Below, piece after piece: positions 9,119-20,264 of a stretch of DNA of 33,435 bases. Below the pieces are notes generated by a model. That model did not search any database, was not told the DNA's origin, and was given only the letters and a program-made list of their open reading frames with translations. How positions within the stretch are numbered: the stretch's first letter is position 1; each line of letters starts with the position of its first letter. The stretch covers positions 1-33,435 of the forward strand of contig QPMI01000065.1 of the NCBI GenBank assembly GCA_004431415.1, given 5' to 3'. The DNA is from Cyanophora paradoxa CCMP329. Its lineage: Eukaryota > Plantae > Glaucophyta. A program made the translations under genes and the position numbers.

Positions 9119-12100
9119 ATGAACTCTGCCAAGTCCGACCTCAAGGGCAAGGCGCTCTCACGGTAAGGGGATTTTGCCTTGGTGAAAAGCGCTGCCTTGG
9201 CTGATTTTGCCCGTTTTGCGCAGCCCTTGCGTACTTCACGATGCTTCAGGATTTGTCGTCGAGCCCGATTTCCCTTCGACGAGCGCCGCTGTTTCCGCCT
9301 AACCAGAGGGCCTTGTGCTCGCCGTGCCGTGCGCGGGGCTTGGCTTGCCGATTGAATCGCCTCTAACTCCCGTCCGTCTTTGGCGCAGGCGGACAAGGCC
9401 ACGTACGTCATGCGCTGTCGACAAGGACAAGCAGTCCCGCGTCCCCGAGGTCATCGACATGACCGATATCGAGGACGAGCCCGCCGGCAGGGCCCCCGCC
9501 CCGCCCGCGCGCCAAGGGTCCGTGACTCTGCCGAAATTTCTCGCATGACGTCACGCTGACCTTTTCGCGCCACGCGGCCGTCCCTTGAACTTCCCCAGCC
9601 TGGCTGCACCGGCGGCCGCGCGGCCGCGGCGCCTGTGCCGGCCCTTCAGCCAGCCGCCGCGGGCCTTCGAGCAAGCCGGCCTCGGCGGCCTCTACGTCGG
9701 ACGACGACGACGACAACGTGCGCTGAACCGCTGTGAGCCCCGCCCTTGCCCGCGTGCCTGCCCACGCTCACCGCCTTGCCGGCAGTGAAGCGCGGCCGGG
9801 ACTCTGAGATGCCGCCGCCAAGCCCGCCGCTGCCAAGCCCGCCGCCGCCAAGCCCGCCGCCGCCAGCCCGCCGCCGCCAAGCCCGCCGGCGTCTCGCTGC
9901 CAAGCTCGCCGCCAAGGCTGCCAAGTTCGCTGCCAAGTTCGCTGCCGAGCCCGCGGCCAAGCCCGCCGCCGCCAAGCCCGCGAGCCCTAGTGCGTAACCC
10001 TGTTTTTCGTCTGTTTGAATAGCCCATTGACTCCCGTTGTGCGCAGAGCCGGACGACCCACGTTCCAGCTCATCCCCTCGGCTCTGATTCCGTCGAGCCG
10101 ATCAGCCGCCGCCCGGCCCCGGCTGCCGCCGCCCCGGCCCGGCCCCGGCCGCGCCCGCCCGGCCCCGGCCGACGCCCCGGCCGACGCCCCGGCTGCCGCT
10201 GCCAGCGACGACGAGGACGTTGTCGGTCGCCAGATTCGGGAGGCCACTCAGAAGCCCGCGGCAAGGACTCCTCGACAAGGTCGCCAGCGACGCGTGGGAG
10301 AACGAGTCTGTGCGTGCGAGTACGGCAAGCCTACCTTGTGTGCGCATCGGAGCTTCGCATGGCCATCATACCCACGAGCCAGCCTGTGTCTCCCAACGCG
10401 CCGAAGAACTACGTGACTCGCGAGTGCAAGGCCGCATTGCATCTGCAAGCGCACCGCAGAGTACGACTACGACTCTGGCGAGGTCACGGAGATCCGCGCC
10501 AGGCGCGGGATGGCGAGTCGAAGATGATTAATGACAGCGAGAGCTCGTACAAGGTGAAGCTGGGCGGCCAGACGTGCTCTCACGTTCACTGAGATCGAAG
10601 CCATCAACCGCGAGCTCGTCCACTGGCCCGTCACTCTCGACAAGGACGGCAACTGCTGCATCAAGGGCAAGGCGCGCGACGCCGCCATGGAGCGCTACCT
10701 GGCCGCGAAGGCGCGCCTCAACATGCGGAAGACTGCCGCCCTTATGGCCGAGGTGAACCTATTTCTATTCAATCCGGCACCTCTAGATCTGCGCTGACTT
10801 GGCCGCCGCAGACCGGCGAGGCCGGCGGCAAGGTCTTGAACAGCAAGTTCGGCACGACCGTCCAGCCCAACGCGAGCTCGGTGGCACTACGAACCCCTCC
10901 TGTTCAGCTGCGGCTCGAAGCTCGGCTGCAGGCTGCCAGCTTGACGGTGCGCCGCGCGACTGAATCGGTTCAATTTCATTCAATTGGCTCACTTTCCCGC
11001 AGATCGCCAAGGCGTACGTCGACCCCAAGATGCTGCGGGCCCGCGCGATCAAGGCGTTCGACGACACGTTCTTGGACGTCATTTTCCGGCTCTACTCGAA
11101 GCAGGAGGTGCACAGATGGACGCGGAAGGAATCGTGAAGAGCGTCATCGCGATATCAAGGAGGACTCAATCAAGTTCCTCGTCGAGGAGGCATCGTGCCC
11201 GAGAAATCGTTCTCGTCAAGACCCGCATCCACCGCGCCTTTGTGAGCCGCCGGCCGCCGCACGCGGCGTACATGGGCGTCTGCCGCCTTCTCGGCGCGCA
11301 CACCGGCGCCGCTGGCAGCAGCAGCAGCCCGCCGGCGCCCGGCCGCCCGCGGGCCTGGCGACCCGCGGCGCCCGGCGCGCCGCGCGCGCCCGCGGCGCCC
11401 GTGTCGAGCCCGAGCGATGGACGTCGACTCGAGCCGGCGGCGGACCCCGAGCCGGCGGCCGAGTCGGACCACGCGACCGAGACCGAGGGCCCAAGCGCAA
11501 GCGCGCGAAGACCTCTGCCGAGGAGCTGACGCCGAGGCCAAGGCCGAGAAGCGCGCGAGGCGAACCGCAAGGCGCTGAGACCAAGGCCAAGAACGAGGAG
11601 GCGTGGGCCCGCGCCGTCCAGAAGGGCTACAAGTTCAACGCCAAGGAACTCGAGGTGCGCGGCTGAACTCAATCGCGCTCAATCGCACGCCTGACTCCGC
11701 GGCGCGCAGAAGGACACCCTGCCGAGCCGCGCGCGGCACGTCGACGACTTCCGCAAGCTCGTCGCCGAGAAGCGCGCCGAGTTCCTGGCCGTCGCGCGCC
11801 CGCTCCGGAACTTCGAGAAGGCCATCTCTAACGCCCGCGCCGTGATTGAGAAGCGCCTCGCGGCTGCCGATTGCAAGCCCAAGGAGAAGTCGGCGCTCCT
11901 GAAGAAGCTCGAGGCCGCGGGGCGTGCGACAAGGCCGAGGAGGCCCTGCGTGACATCACCGAGGAGATGGTCGCGGGGTGGCGCCAGACGATCGACGATC
12001 TCGAGTCGGCCTTCTTCACGCGCTACAACATCCCCAACTTCGCGCCCGTGGCGGCCGACTCTGCTGCGGTCGCTGCGACTTCAAGAAGATCGTGGAGGCC

Positions 12101-12310
12101 TCGCAGCGCTACAAGCGGCACAACCCCGGCTTCGGCCCGCCCCGCCGAGCGACGACGACGGCTTCTTCACCGACGCCGACGCCGTTGACGGCGACGCCGA
12201 CGCCGACACCTTGGCCAACGCCGCCAGCGAGGCCGGCGACGCGGCCGGGACGTGGCAGAGGCGCTGCTCTCGATGGCCGCCGAGGCGGCCGCCGGGACTT
12301 CGACGAGTAG
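9119..12310 (+). CDS. Large spliced hypothetical protein (Pro/Ala/Lys low-complexity, Cys/His patch, C-terminal coiled coil and acidic tail); frameshifted
   Basis: GC3-rich exon fragments (VPEVIDMTDIEDE; EIEAINRELVHWPVTLDKDGNCCIKG; IAKAYVDPKMLRARAIKAFDDTFLDVIF; DDFRKLVAEKRAEFLAV; LESAFFTRYNIPNF) separated by gt...cgcag introns; TGTAA at 12337. Confidence 0.6.
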
Positions 12311-12412
12311 GCGGCCTCTAGCTAGGAGTTGTGCAGTGTAAATAACTCAGTCAGTTTGGCTTATATTCGTGGCTTTGTTTGATCGCAAATACTTATATAT
12401 TCAATTCACACT

Positions 12413-12474
12413 CGCGACTCTGCTTGGCTGCCTCTAGCACTACGCGCGACTCTGCTGCCTTGGCTGCCTCTAGC
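12413..12474 (+). repeat. Short tandem duplication (~26-30 bp x2)
   Basis: cgcgactctgcttggctgcctctagc (12413-12438) and cgcgactctgctgccttggctgcctctagc (12445-12474). Confidence 0.8.
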
Positions 12475-12587
12475 GTCGTCCAAATACTGTGAAGAAGGCA
12501 CGAGAGCCTGTTTACTTCTGCGATCTGGCGGTCCTCGGCGCAGTCTTCCAAGTCGAGCGCCAGCACGGCGAGGTCCACGCGGCGCCG

Positions 12588-13394
12588 CTAAGGACTCGAG
12601 CGCCTCGGCCGCGGCGACTCGGGCGCCCCGCTCGCGCTCATGCCTCGGCCCTCGCTAGACGAGCGCGAAAACCTTGGCGCGCGCGCTCCGCCGCGGCCGC
12701 CGATCGCGACGGGCGCTCAGGCGTGCGGGCACGGGCTCGCCGCGAAGAGGAGGCCGTGGCGGCGGCGGAAGGGCGGCGGCGGGCGGACCGGGAGCCCGTG
12801 GGACGAGGCCGCCGCGACGGCGAGCGCGAGCGCCGCCTGGCGGTGCTGGCCGAGCGCGGCGTCGTAGTGCGCCGCGAGCCGCCGCTGGCTGCCGTGGCAC
12901 GCGTCGCAGAGCAGGTGCCGCTCGCACTGGAACATCCAGCAGGGTGCCCCGGCCGCGGCGCCTCGTGGCAGGACGTGCACGCCTCGCCGGGCTCGGCGGC
13001 GCCGCCGGCCGCGCAGCGGCGGAAGCCCGAGGGCGCCGCGGGAGAGGGCGCCTTCGACGGGGCGGCAGCGCCGGAGGCGCGCGTGCAGCTGCGCGATCTC
13101 GCCGTTCAGGTTCGCCACCACGGCCCGCAGCTCCGCGACGCGCCCCTCGAGGTCCGCGCGGGCGGACGCGCCCGCGCGACCTGCGCGGCGAGCTTGTCCG
13201 CACGCCTGCGCTCAATGCGCGCACGCTCCTCGCGGCCTTGGCCGCGAGGGCGCACGCGCGGCCGGCCGCCTCCTCGGACCGGAGCACCACCTCCAGGGCG
13301 GCCGCCCTGGCCTCCGCGTCGGTTGCGCGACGGGTCGCCAGCTCCACCAGGTCGACCCCGAGCGCTCGGGTGCGCGACTCGGCGCCTCCGACAT
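12588..13394 (-). CDS. Coiled-coil plus RING-finger protein (putative E3 ligase); frameshifted
   Basis: Heptads ELATRRATDAEARAAALE...LEGRVAELRAVVANLNGEIAQLHARL, then CTSC...CERHLLCDAC...(long insert)...CPH. The last Cys needs an indel. Confidence 0.55.
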
Positions 13395-13654
13395 GTCAAA
13401 ATGCAGCCGCGCCAAATCGCGCTCGCATTCCTCAAGGCCGATCGCGACGCAGCTCTTCATGATAATGTGTGTGTGCGGGAGAGGCCGCCCCGTCGAGGGC
13501 CGGCGCGCAGATGGCCGGTCCGCTGGCAGATGGCCGGTTCGCCGGTGACGGTGACGGGCGGCCATGTGATCATGGCCCGGGACCATGCGTTCGATTTTTC
13601 GTGCAAGTTGCAAGAACTTGCAACGATAGGGGTGTTGCGGGGTAAGTGCGGCTA

Positions 13655-13835
13655 ATTGCGACACTCGGGCTCGTAATTGTATTTATTAATTTTACATCAC
13701 ACTGAAGCGACTCGGATATCAGTAATTACGTACCCCAAAAATATACATAATTTGAGTTTTAACTTAATTATGTGCATTAATTGCTTGCAAATATTATTTT
13801 GACGGTCACCTGACGGCATAATATTGCAATTATCA
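13655..13835. other. AT-rich island with two adjacent imperfect hairpins
   Basis: acataatttgagtt/aacttaattatgt (13745-13773) and ttgcaaatattat/ataatattgcaa (13785-13829), set in otherwise very GC-rich DNA. Confidence 0.65.
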
Positions 13836-14132
13836 CTCTCGAGCTCCGACTCGGAGACTCTCGGGCCGGCGGGCTCCTAGTATCCAACAGGCATTCAGGC
13901 GACTCGAAAGTACATGTTAGTGGACGGGCGCGTGCCGGCGGCGGCGACGAATCGTTGGAGTCTAGCTGCATATGCATAGTCCACGACCATGGATGTGAGC
14001 CGTTGGCGCCGTTGCGGATCCGGCGCAATCTTTGCGGGCCCGTGCCTGCGAATCGGCCGCCGAGTGTAGGTTTTTTTGTCGAACTGGATGAATCACCCCT
14101 GGCTCATGTGCGGGGGTACCTCCGACCTACAA

Positions 14133-14741
14133 TCACGCCGGCGGTGCTTCAGGACCTTCGCTCTGGCAATCACTCCAGTTCACGTCTCGCGATTGCGGCG
14201 CGTAGCGTAGGCGCAGCGGCGCGCGGCGAAGGCGGCGGGCGGAGGCAGCGATGATGCGACGAACCAGCTGGTGTGCATGCGCACGCGCGCGCCGATCGTC
14301 GCGCGCGCCGCGCGCGCCGAAACCCACGCCCGCGCGCGCAGGGCTGGCCGCGCGCGCGAGCCCGATGTGGCAGGACTTCAGCCGCGAGCCGCGGCTGTTG
14401 CAGCACGGCCCGTCCGCTTTCCTGCCTCCCATGCGGCCCGCACCGGCGCGCGTGCCTCGGCCGGCGACGCCCATCAGAGCCGTGCTCGCCGGCGGCTTCA
14501 ATGATCGAGGTGCGCTCCGGGTTCGGGCCGCCTCGCTTAGGACTTGGTCGCGGATCATGGCGCCCGCGCGCCCGCGTGCCGCCGCCAGCCCGTTATCGTG
14601 CGCGTACCGGCGGAGCCACTGCCGGAACTCCGGCGCCATAGCCATCTCTAGCACGCGGGGCAGCGCTGTTGTGCGCGTGTCGCCGCACACGGGGCACGAT
14701 GTGAGCGCGCAGCACTCGGGGAAGTAGATAATCTCGCGCAT
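14133..14741 (-). CDS. Possible hypothetical protein with CxxC motif
   Basis: MREIIYFPECCALTSCPVCGDTR...VLEMAMAPEFRQWLRRYAHDNG reads protein-like; the rest is low complexity. Confidence 0.3.
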   Translation of the reverse strand: MREIIYFPECCALTSCPVCGDTRTTALPRVLEMAMAPEFRQWLRRYAHDNGLAAARGRAGAMIRDQVLSEAARTRSAPRSLKPPASTALMGVAGRGTRAGAGRMGGRKADGPCCNSRGSRLKSCHIGLARAASPARAGVGFGARGARDDRRARAHAHQLVRRIIAASARRLRRAPLRLRYAPQSRDVNWSDCQSEGPEAPPA

Positions 14742-14772
14742 GTGCGCCACCGAGCTGACGCCGCCGTTTTGC

Positions 14773-17056
14773 ATGCAGCCCGGCTTTTTCCAGGAGGTGT
14801 TCCTTGCAGAAACGGACCTCAAGGATTTATACGCCGTCTCCGACGCATGCCAATACGGGCGCCTTTTGGCCGACGGTGCATTCGACGCATACATCGGCGA
14901 TGCCGCCAAGCACTGCGCCGCACACAAGCACGTCTGTGGCGACGTCGGCTGCATGTCCGTTGTGGTCGAGCAGGACAGGATCGTCGCCACGCTGGCGTTC
15001 CCCGGCAGGTGCGCCCCGCCCGCGCGCCCGCCCGCCCCGCCTGACGCCCGTCGCGCATTTCCAGCACCGGGTCCGTCCAAATCGCGGTTCCGGCCATCCG
15101 GCCCGCGGCGGGGGAGGATTTCATCGAGCCGGCGAGATACGCGAAGGTCTTCGCCGAGGCAGTCTGGCCCGTCGTCGCGGAGGCGATCGGGCACGGACTG
15201 GAGCGGAATCCGGCGGTGGCGCGCAGTGCGCATATGCACGTCGTCAACATATGCTGTCACGTTATGGCCGCCGTAATGCGGTGCACGCAAGGTGTCCCGT
15301 GCCGCCCGCCATCGCCGTGTCCGCCGGTGACGCTGTGCTCGCAGGCGGAAAAGGCCTGGACGTCCCGAACGTCGACGTTGCGCTCCTGCAGTTCGCCCGT
15401 GCCGTTGCGGGCGCGAAGCGCGAGACTGGCCTCCTTTACCTCGACGGCACCCCCCCCAGCGCCGACAGCCCCTGGGACATCTGGGCGGCCGAGATTCGGA
15501 CCATCCCTCGCTACACGCCGCTCTCCCCTCCCCCCGTCGTTCACTCCGCCACCATCGACGCCCCAAGGGGCAGTTTGAGTGCGAAGCATTTTCGTCTCGC
15601 CCTGTTCTTCTCGGTGCGCGATTGCGTCCGCCGGCCCGTGCCCGCCCTCAAAGCCGACCCGCGGCCAGGTCCTGAGTTCGGTGCTGAACGACAACGTTAA
15701 CGTCGTCGAGTCGCCGGGGAAGGTCATGGAGGCGGCCAGGGATCGCGTCCCCCGCTACGCCAGTGGCACGTCGGGCCGTCGCAACCTCGGCTCGGAGGCG
15801 ACGAACGGCGTCAACCCCGGCACCCTCAACAGGGTCGCGAAGGCGGCCGGCGCGACGGCGGTCGAGATCTTCCGCGCAGAGACGAACGCCAAGGTCGGCG
15901 ACAACCTCTACGACAGAATCTTCGCAGCCGTGGAAAGGACCGGGCACTGCGCCCGGCGCTGGCCGAGCAGCCCGGGCGGCGACAGGGGGTCGTGCTCGCC
16001 ATCGAGACGGCCCTCAGCCACCACGGCGGTCCTCGCCTCTTCATTCTCCGCTGTGATCCGTCTGTCGCCGCGCACGGCGTGCTGGACTTCTTCTGGACGG
16101 CCGTGTCAATCGAGCGCGACGAGGAGTTGCTGGTGGTGAAGAACTTCAAGGATATCAACGGGGTCGTTTCCTTCGTGATGGAGAAGCACTCGCCGAAGCA
16201 GAAAACACGCCTTGGCGCATGGATTCTCACGTGCGGGGATCACGGCACGGCGACCGAGCCCCGCGAGTTCATGGCCGCGCTCGGCGACGGCATCGGCTAC
16301 GTCCACGGGGAGGCGGCGAGGACGGCAAGGACGACGGCGCCCCCCGGACCCCGGCAGGGCCCTCCCGTCTGTCGATAAGAACAAGTCCTATCGCCTGTGG
16401 CTGGCCTGCGTGGCGAGCATCCAGGCCCGCCACCGCCACATGAGCGACCCCATGCGAATGGCGCTCTTCATCGACAAGGCGGATCGCGCGATCAAGGGCC
16501 AGATCGCCAAGTACGTCGACAAGCGGTTCCTCGGCTCGCGCGACGTGGTCGACTACCGCATGCCGCCGCACCCCGACGATAAGGGGCGGCAGCCCGTCGA
16601 CGTTCTCCTGCCGAAGATGTTCGAGCTCGCGCTGGCACGGTACCGCGGAAAGCCGCTCTCCCACATGGCGTGGTCGATCTACGAGGCCTTCAATGTCTAC
16701 AACGGAGTCTCCCCGTGGTCCTCGACTGCGACGCGGAGTTCCGCGAGATGGCCAAGGGCGAGACATTCAAGAAGACGGCCAAGACCGCGCTCGGAGCCGT
16801 GCTCCGGGAGGCCAAGAGCTCTCCCTGATCGACACGAATATAGACTTTGAGAAGGAGCGGGAGACAAGGACAAGTGCAATCTCCGGGAAAGGAGAAGAAG
16901 CGCAAGCGCGCTGCCGAGGAGGCCCAGCGCACCCTCCGCGCCCGGGCACCGTCGCCCACCGACTCGTCGGTCGCCGGCACCGACGACACGGCAGCGAGTG
17001 GAGCGACGAGTGAGATTTTTGCTGCAGCCTTCTGGCTGCCCATGATGTATGCATAG
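14773..17056 (+). CDS. Spliced hypothetical protein (~700 aa), no recognised domain; frameshifted
   Basis: Introns at ~15009-15064, ~15292-15344 and ~15614-15668 (gt...ag) join globular-looking exons: FFQEVFLAETDLKDLYAV; YAKVFAEAVWPVV; GVLDFFWTAVSIERD; SYRLWLACVASIQARH; MAWSIYEAFNVYNG. Confidence 0.65.
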
Positions 17057-17099
17057 GGCGGCAGCAGCGGATGACGTTTGTTACAGTTTTCTACGCAGG

Positions 17100-17412
17100 C
17101 TAGGTTTTGAAAGTTTCACCCTCGTAGCCCATGATGATTTCATATATGGGCTTCATGTTCGAGATTTTTTTAGAGTCTGTAGGTTTTGAAGTTGCATTGG
17201 AAGCCTGAAATGATTGATCGGGCTTCATGTTAGAGTACGTAGGCTTGAAAGTTGCATCCTCGGTAGCCTGTGATGATTCATTGGGCTTCATGTTCGAGTC
17301 TAGAGTCTTATAGGTTCGCATAGAGTTGTGAATTGACCACCTGACTTTGCTCGCACGTGCGCCGGCCCTTGCTCCCGGCCCCACCTGCCGCCCGGCTTCT
17401 GGGAATTCAGGG
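17100..17412 (-). pseudogene. 3' remnant of a minus-strand gene with three in-frame ~20-25 aa repeats (SNMKP...FK(P)T)
   Basis: AT-rich 60-78 bp tandem units at 17101-17320 keep the frame open (SNMKPNESSQATEDATFKPT / SNMKPDQSFQASNATSKPT / SNMKPIYEIIMGYEGETFKT*). TGTAA on the minus strand at 17081-17085, just past the stop. Confidence 0.5.
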
Positions 17413-17446
17413 GGTGATTTTTCTCTGTTTCCCAGTAGGCCACCCC

Positions 17447-18625
17447 ATGGACGGCCGGAAGGCGGCGATCGCGCTTGCCGTCGCGGCGGGCGCGGCCGCG
17501 GCCATCTACGTGGCGGTGAAGTCGGCGACCCGAGCAGCACCGGAGGGATCCGAGCTTGCGCCAGGCCCCCGCCCGACGGCCGCCACGAGGGCGGCGTCGG
17601 CGGGGGGCGAGCCGATCGACGTGGAGAAGGAGCTCGAAGCGTTCGAACGCGGCCTCGTCGCGGCGCGGGTGGCGCCCTCGCCCAGGCAGGCGCTGGTGGC
17701 GCGGCAGGCGGAGGTGGCAGCGCTGCCGCCCGTGAACTGGGACGCCCTGACGACGGAACTGAACCGGATGCGGGCGTGGCGCTGGCAGGTGCTGAAGGAC
17801 ACCGCGATGATCGCACGCGAAGAAGCGAGACAGAAGAACGTCCAGCGCGCCCGCGAGGGGGTGCTGTACAGCGAGGCGTACGCCGAGTCGGCGCAGTTCG
17901 CCCTGGACTGGGCGCAGGAGAGGTGGCGGGAGACGCTGCAGATGCAGGCGGACACGGAGAGGCGCCTCGCGCTCACGAAGGCCATGGTGGAGCAGGTCAC
18001 GAAGGACACGTCGACGCTCCAGGTCGCGTCGCGGGCGAGCCGGGGCGCGGGGTCGCGCGTCGCGGTCGCCGGCGAGGTGTGGGGGCTGCCGCCGAACCCC
18101 CCCACGGGGCTGCGCGGCGAGGTCGTCTCGCGGGGCTCCCGGTCGAAGAAGGCGGAGGACTTCGTCGCCCCGACCGTGCGGCTCACCTGGAGCGAACCGG
18201 CGTCGGACGGCACGCCGTCGCTGACCCAGGCGTTCAGGGTCTACATCAACGGGCTCCCCGACGTCGCCAAGGACGGGACGCCCCGCCTCGTGGAGCCTGG
18301 GGAGGGCGGGTCCATCGAGGGGATGTACCAGTGGACGGGACCCGCGCCCGTCAGCGGGTTCCAGGACGTGCCGGGGCGGAACTCTTTCTCGGTCTCCGCG
18401 CTCCGCGTGTACTTCAGGGAGCCGACGGCGGAGGAGAAAAAGGGGGACCCCAAGCTGGAGGAGGTGCCGGTCTTCATCGAGGGTCCCGTGAGCGCCTCGA
18501 TCATCGTCGAAGTGCCCGAGCCGCCCTATGTCGAGAAGAAACCCGCCGCGAAGAAAACCGGCGATTTGAAGAAGGTGGACGGCGCCGCAGCCTCAGCGGC
18601 GACGAAGGCGGCGAAGGCGCTGTGA
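17447..18625 (+). CDS. Viral 392 aa protein: N-terminal membrane anchor, helical/coiled region, C-terminal fibronectin type III domain
   Basis: Intact ORF: AAIALAVAAGAAAAIYVAV; PPNPPTGLRG...VRLTWSEPASDG...FRVYING...FSVSA...EGPVS (FN3 pattern). Confidence 0.75.
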   Translation: MDGRKAAIALAVAAGAAAAIYVAVKSATRAAPEGSELAPGPRPTAATRAASAGGEPIDVEKELEAFERGLVAARVAPSPRQALVARQAEVAALPPVNWDALTTELNRMRAWRWQVLKDTAMIAREEARQKNVQRAREGVLYSEAYAESAQFALDWAQERWRETLQMQADTERRLALTKAMVEQVTKDTSTLQVASRASRGAGSRVAVAGEVWGLPPNPPTGLRGEVVSRGSRSKKAEDFVAPTVRLTWSEPASDGTPSLTQAFRVYINGLPDVAKDGTPRLVEPGEGGSIEGMYQWTGPAPVSGFQDVPGRNSFSVSALRVYFREPTAEEKKGDPKLEEVPVFIEGPVSASIIVEVPEPPYVEKKPAAKKTGDLKKVDGAAASAATKAAKAL

Positions 18626-19443
18626 TCGGCGGCGGGCCCGGGAGCGTGTACGGGGGCGGCGGGCCCGGGAGCGGCGCCGACTGTAACGGCGGCTGGATGC
18701 GTTGGGGCAGGGGCGTCATCCATCCATTCCGAATCCGGCGGGGGCATGGGCGTCCCGGGTTGCGATCCCGCCGCGGGATCGGGGGGCACCGGGGCAACGG
18801 GGCGCAGGTCCACTACTCGGGTTGGCGCCTGTGCAAGCGAATCCTGTAGGATCATCTTCTCGCGCACGAAGCTGAGCCCAAGCGCCATGGGATGTCTACT
18901 GCTCAGCGCCACCCTGGTGCTGGGTCCGACGCGACCGGGCCATTTCAAAAGGGCATACCTTGCAGCGGCGTCATACGCGATGTATGCAATGACGTTGCAC
19001 AGAGCAAGAGTGTCTGGAGTCTCGAAAGCCTCGAAGCTCAGGTCGAAGATTCGAAGCATTAGAAGAAATCCATATTCGTCCTCCTCTAGGACCAGTTGCA
19101 GGCCCACATGCGGAAGAGGGGCCCCCAACAGATCAAGGGCGCGGCCGCCCGCGGCGGGGGCCTGAGGGATCATGTTAACCTGAATTCCATCGACACTGTC
19201 CATCTCATCAAGCCGAAACCTATAGTTGATTTCTCGCACGTCGCTGGGGTTCTGAGGGTGCAGTATCTGGATTGGAATAATTGACCTCGATTTTATTCCC
19301 TCCCCAAACGAACGCCATGGCAGCGTCGGGAGCCTGGTCTGGTTGTTTATCCGGTCTCGTAGTGTCAATTCGGCAAATCTGCGTCCTTCCCCCCAGTGCC
19401 ACTTTGACGGGGGCGGGATATCGCGATGGGGCGCCCGTTTCAT
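18526..19443 (-). CDS. Viral hypothetical protein (~305 aa), lower GC than its neighbours, Pro-rich tail
   Basis: ATG 19443 preceded by gaaattatcagagaagctgggtaaag; open frame MKRAPHRDIPPPSKWHWG...; the 3' end overlaps the FN3 gene by ~100 bp. Confidence 0.6.
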   Translation of the reverse strand: MKRAPHRDIPPPSKWHWGEGRRFAELTLRDRINNQTRLPTLPWRSFGEGIKSRSIIPIQILHPQNPSDVREINYRFRLDEMDSVDGIQVNMIPQAPAAGGRALDLLGAPLPHVGLQLVLEEDEYGFLLMLRIFDLSFEAFETPDTLALCNVIAYIAYDAAARYALLKWPGRVGPSTRVALSSRHPMALGLSFVREKMILQDSLAQAPTRVVDLRPVAPVPPDPAAGSQPGTPMPPPDSEWMDDAPAPTHPAAVTVGAAPGPAAPVHAPGPAADHSAFAAFVAAEAAAPSTFFKSPVFFAAGFFST

Positions 19444-19469
19444 CTTTACCCAGCTTCTCTGATAATTTC

Positions 19470-19880
19470 TCACACGGGCGCGAACACGAACGCATCGGGC
19501 TCCTCGGCGGTGGGGAGCCACAGCCCCAGGTCGAGCACCACGCCGCTCGCGAGTCGGCGGAAGACGCGGAGGGCGCGGCCGTCCGCGATGTTCCTGCGCA
19601 TGGCGACGTGCTCGGCGGCGCCGTCGTCCCTGTACTTGGCGTACTTGAGCGCCTCCTCGGTCTCCTGGTTGGCGTACGCGGAGGAGGAGCTCGAGTAGAC
19701 GCTGGCGATGTAGCCGTCCTCGCCGACGTAGAACCCCCGTAGCGTCGGGTGCAGGCGCCGGAACTCGTCGGTGCCGAGGAGGGTCGGCTCGGGGCTGCGG
19801 GTCCGCCGGGGCCACCTTCGCGGCAGCTCGCCGAACACCGTCCACGGGGTGGGTTCGGTCTGAACGCCGGCCTCGGGCAT
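19470..19880 (-). CDS. Viral hypothetical protein (136 aa)
   Basis: Intact ORF with very high GC3; upstream ctattttccccgcgcaccggtaaagcagcaATG. Confidence 0.65.
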   Translation of the reverse strand: MPEAGVQTEPTPWTVFGELPRRWPRRTRSPEPTLLGTDEFRRLHPTLRGFYVGEDGYIASVYSSSSSAYANQETEEALKYAKYRDDGAAEHVAMRRNIADGRALRVFRRLASGVVLDLGLWLPTAEEPDAFVFAPV

Positions 19881-19929
19881 TGCTGCTTTACCGGTGCGCG
19901 GGGAAAATAGTGCGGCGCGCGAATCCGCG

Positions 19930-20264
19930 TCACGGCGCGAAGGGGTCGCGCGAGAACGGGCAGTGGGCCGTGGGGCCCAGGACGCTGCAGGGGATGCGCG
20001 CCGGCTTCAAGGCCTCGGACGCCACGATCCGAAACGCCGGCGCGCTCGAGCCGTCCGAGCCCGATGCGAGGCTCGCGACGGTGTCCAAGGCCACGAACGC
20101 CGGCGAGGTCGCCACGTCCTCGGGGGCGGGGGCCGGTTCGCTCGGGTTGGCGACGGCGGCAACGGGTCGCGCGGTCGGTTCGGCGGGGGTGGGGTGCGCG
20201 ACGCCACCCAGGCCGCCACGGCGGCGAGGGCGGCGAGAACCAGGAGGCCGCGCGCGGAGTCCAT
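19930..20264 (-). CDS. Viral small membrane-anchored protein (~110 aa; one frameshift)
   Basis: MDSARGLLVLAALAAVAAWVA, a Pro-rich linker, then a C-terminal IPCSVLGPTAHCPF in the next frame. Confidence 0.6.

Noticed and set aside
8730-9411. Lys/Arg-rich minus-strand ORF
   Set aside because: The plus strand shows GT-AG introns and continues into the 9119-12310 gene; likely a shadow.
9800-9990. Histone H1-like AAK/PAAK repeats
   Set aside because: Low-complexity exon of the larger orphan gene; no globular H1 domain.
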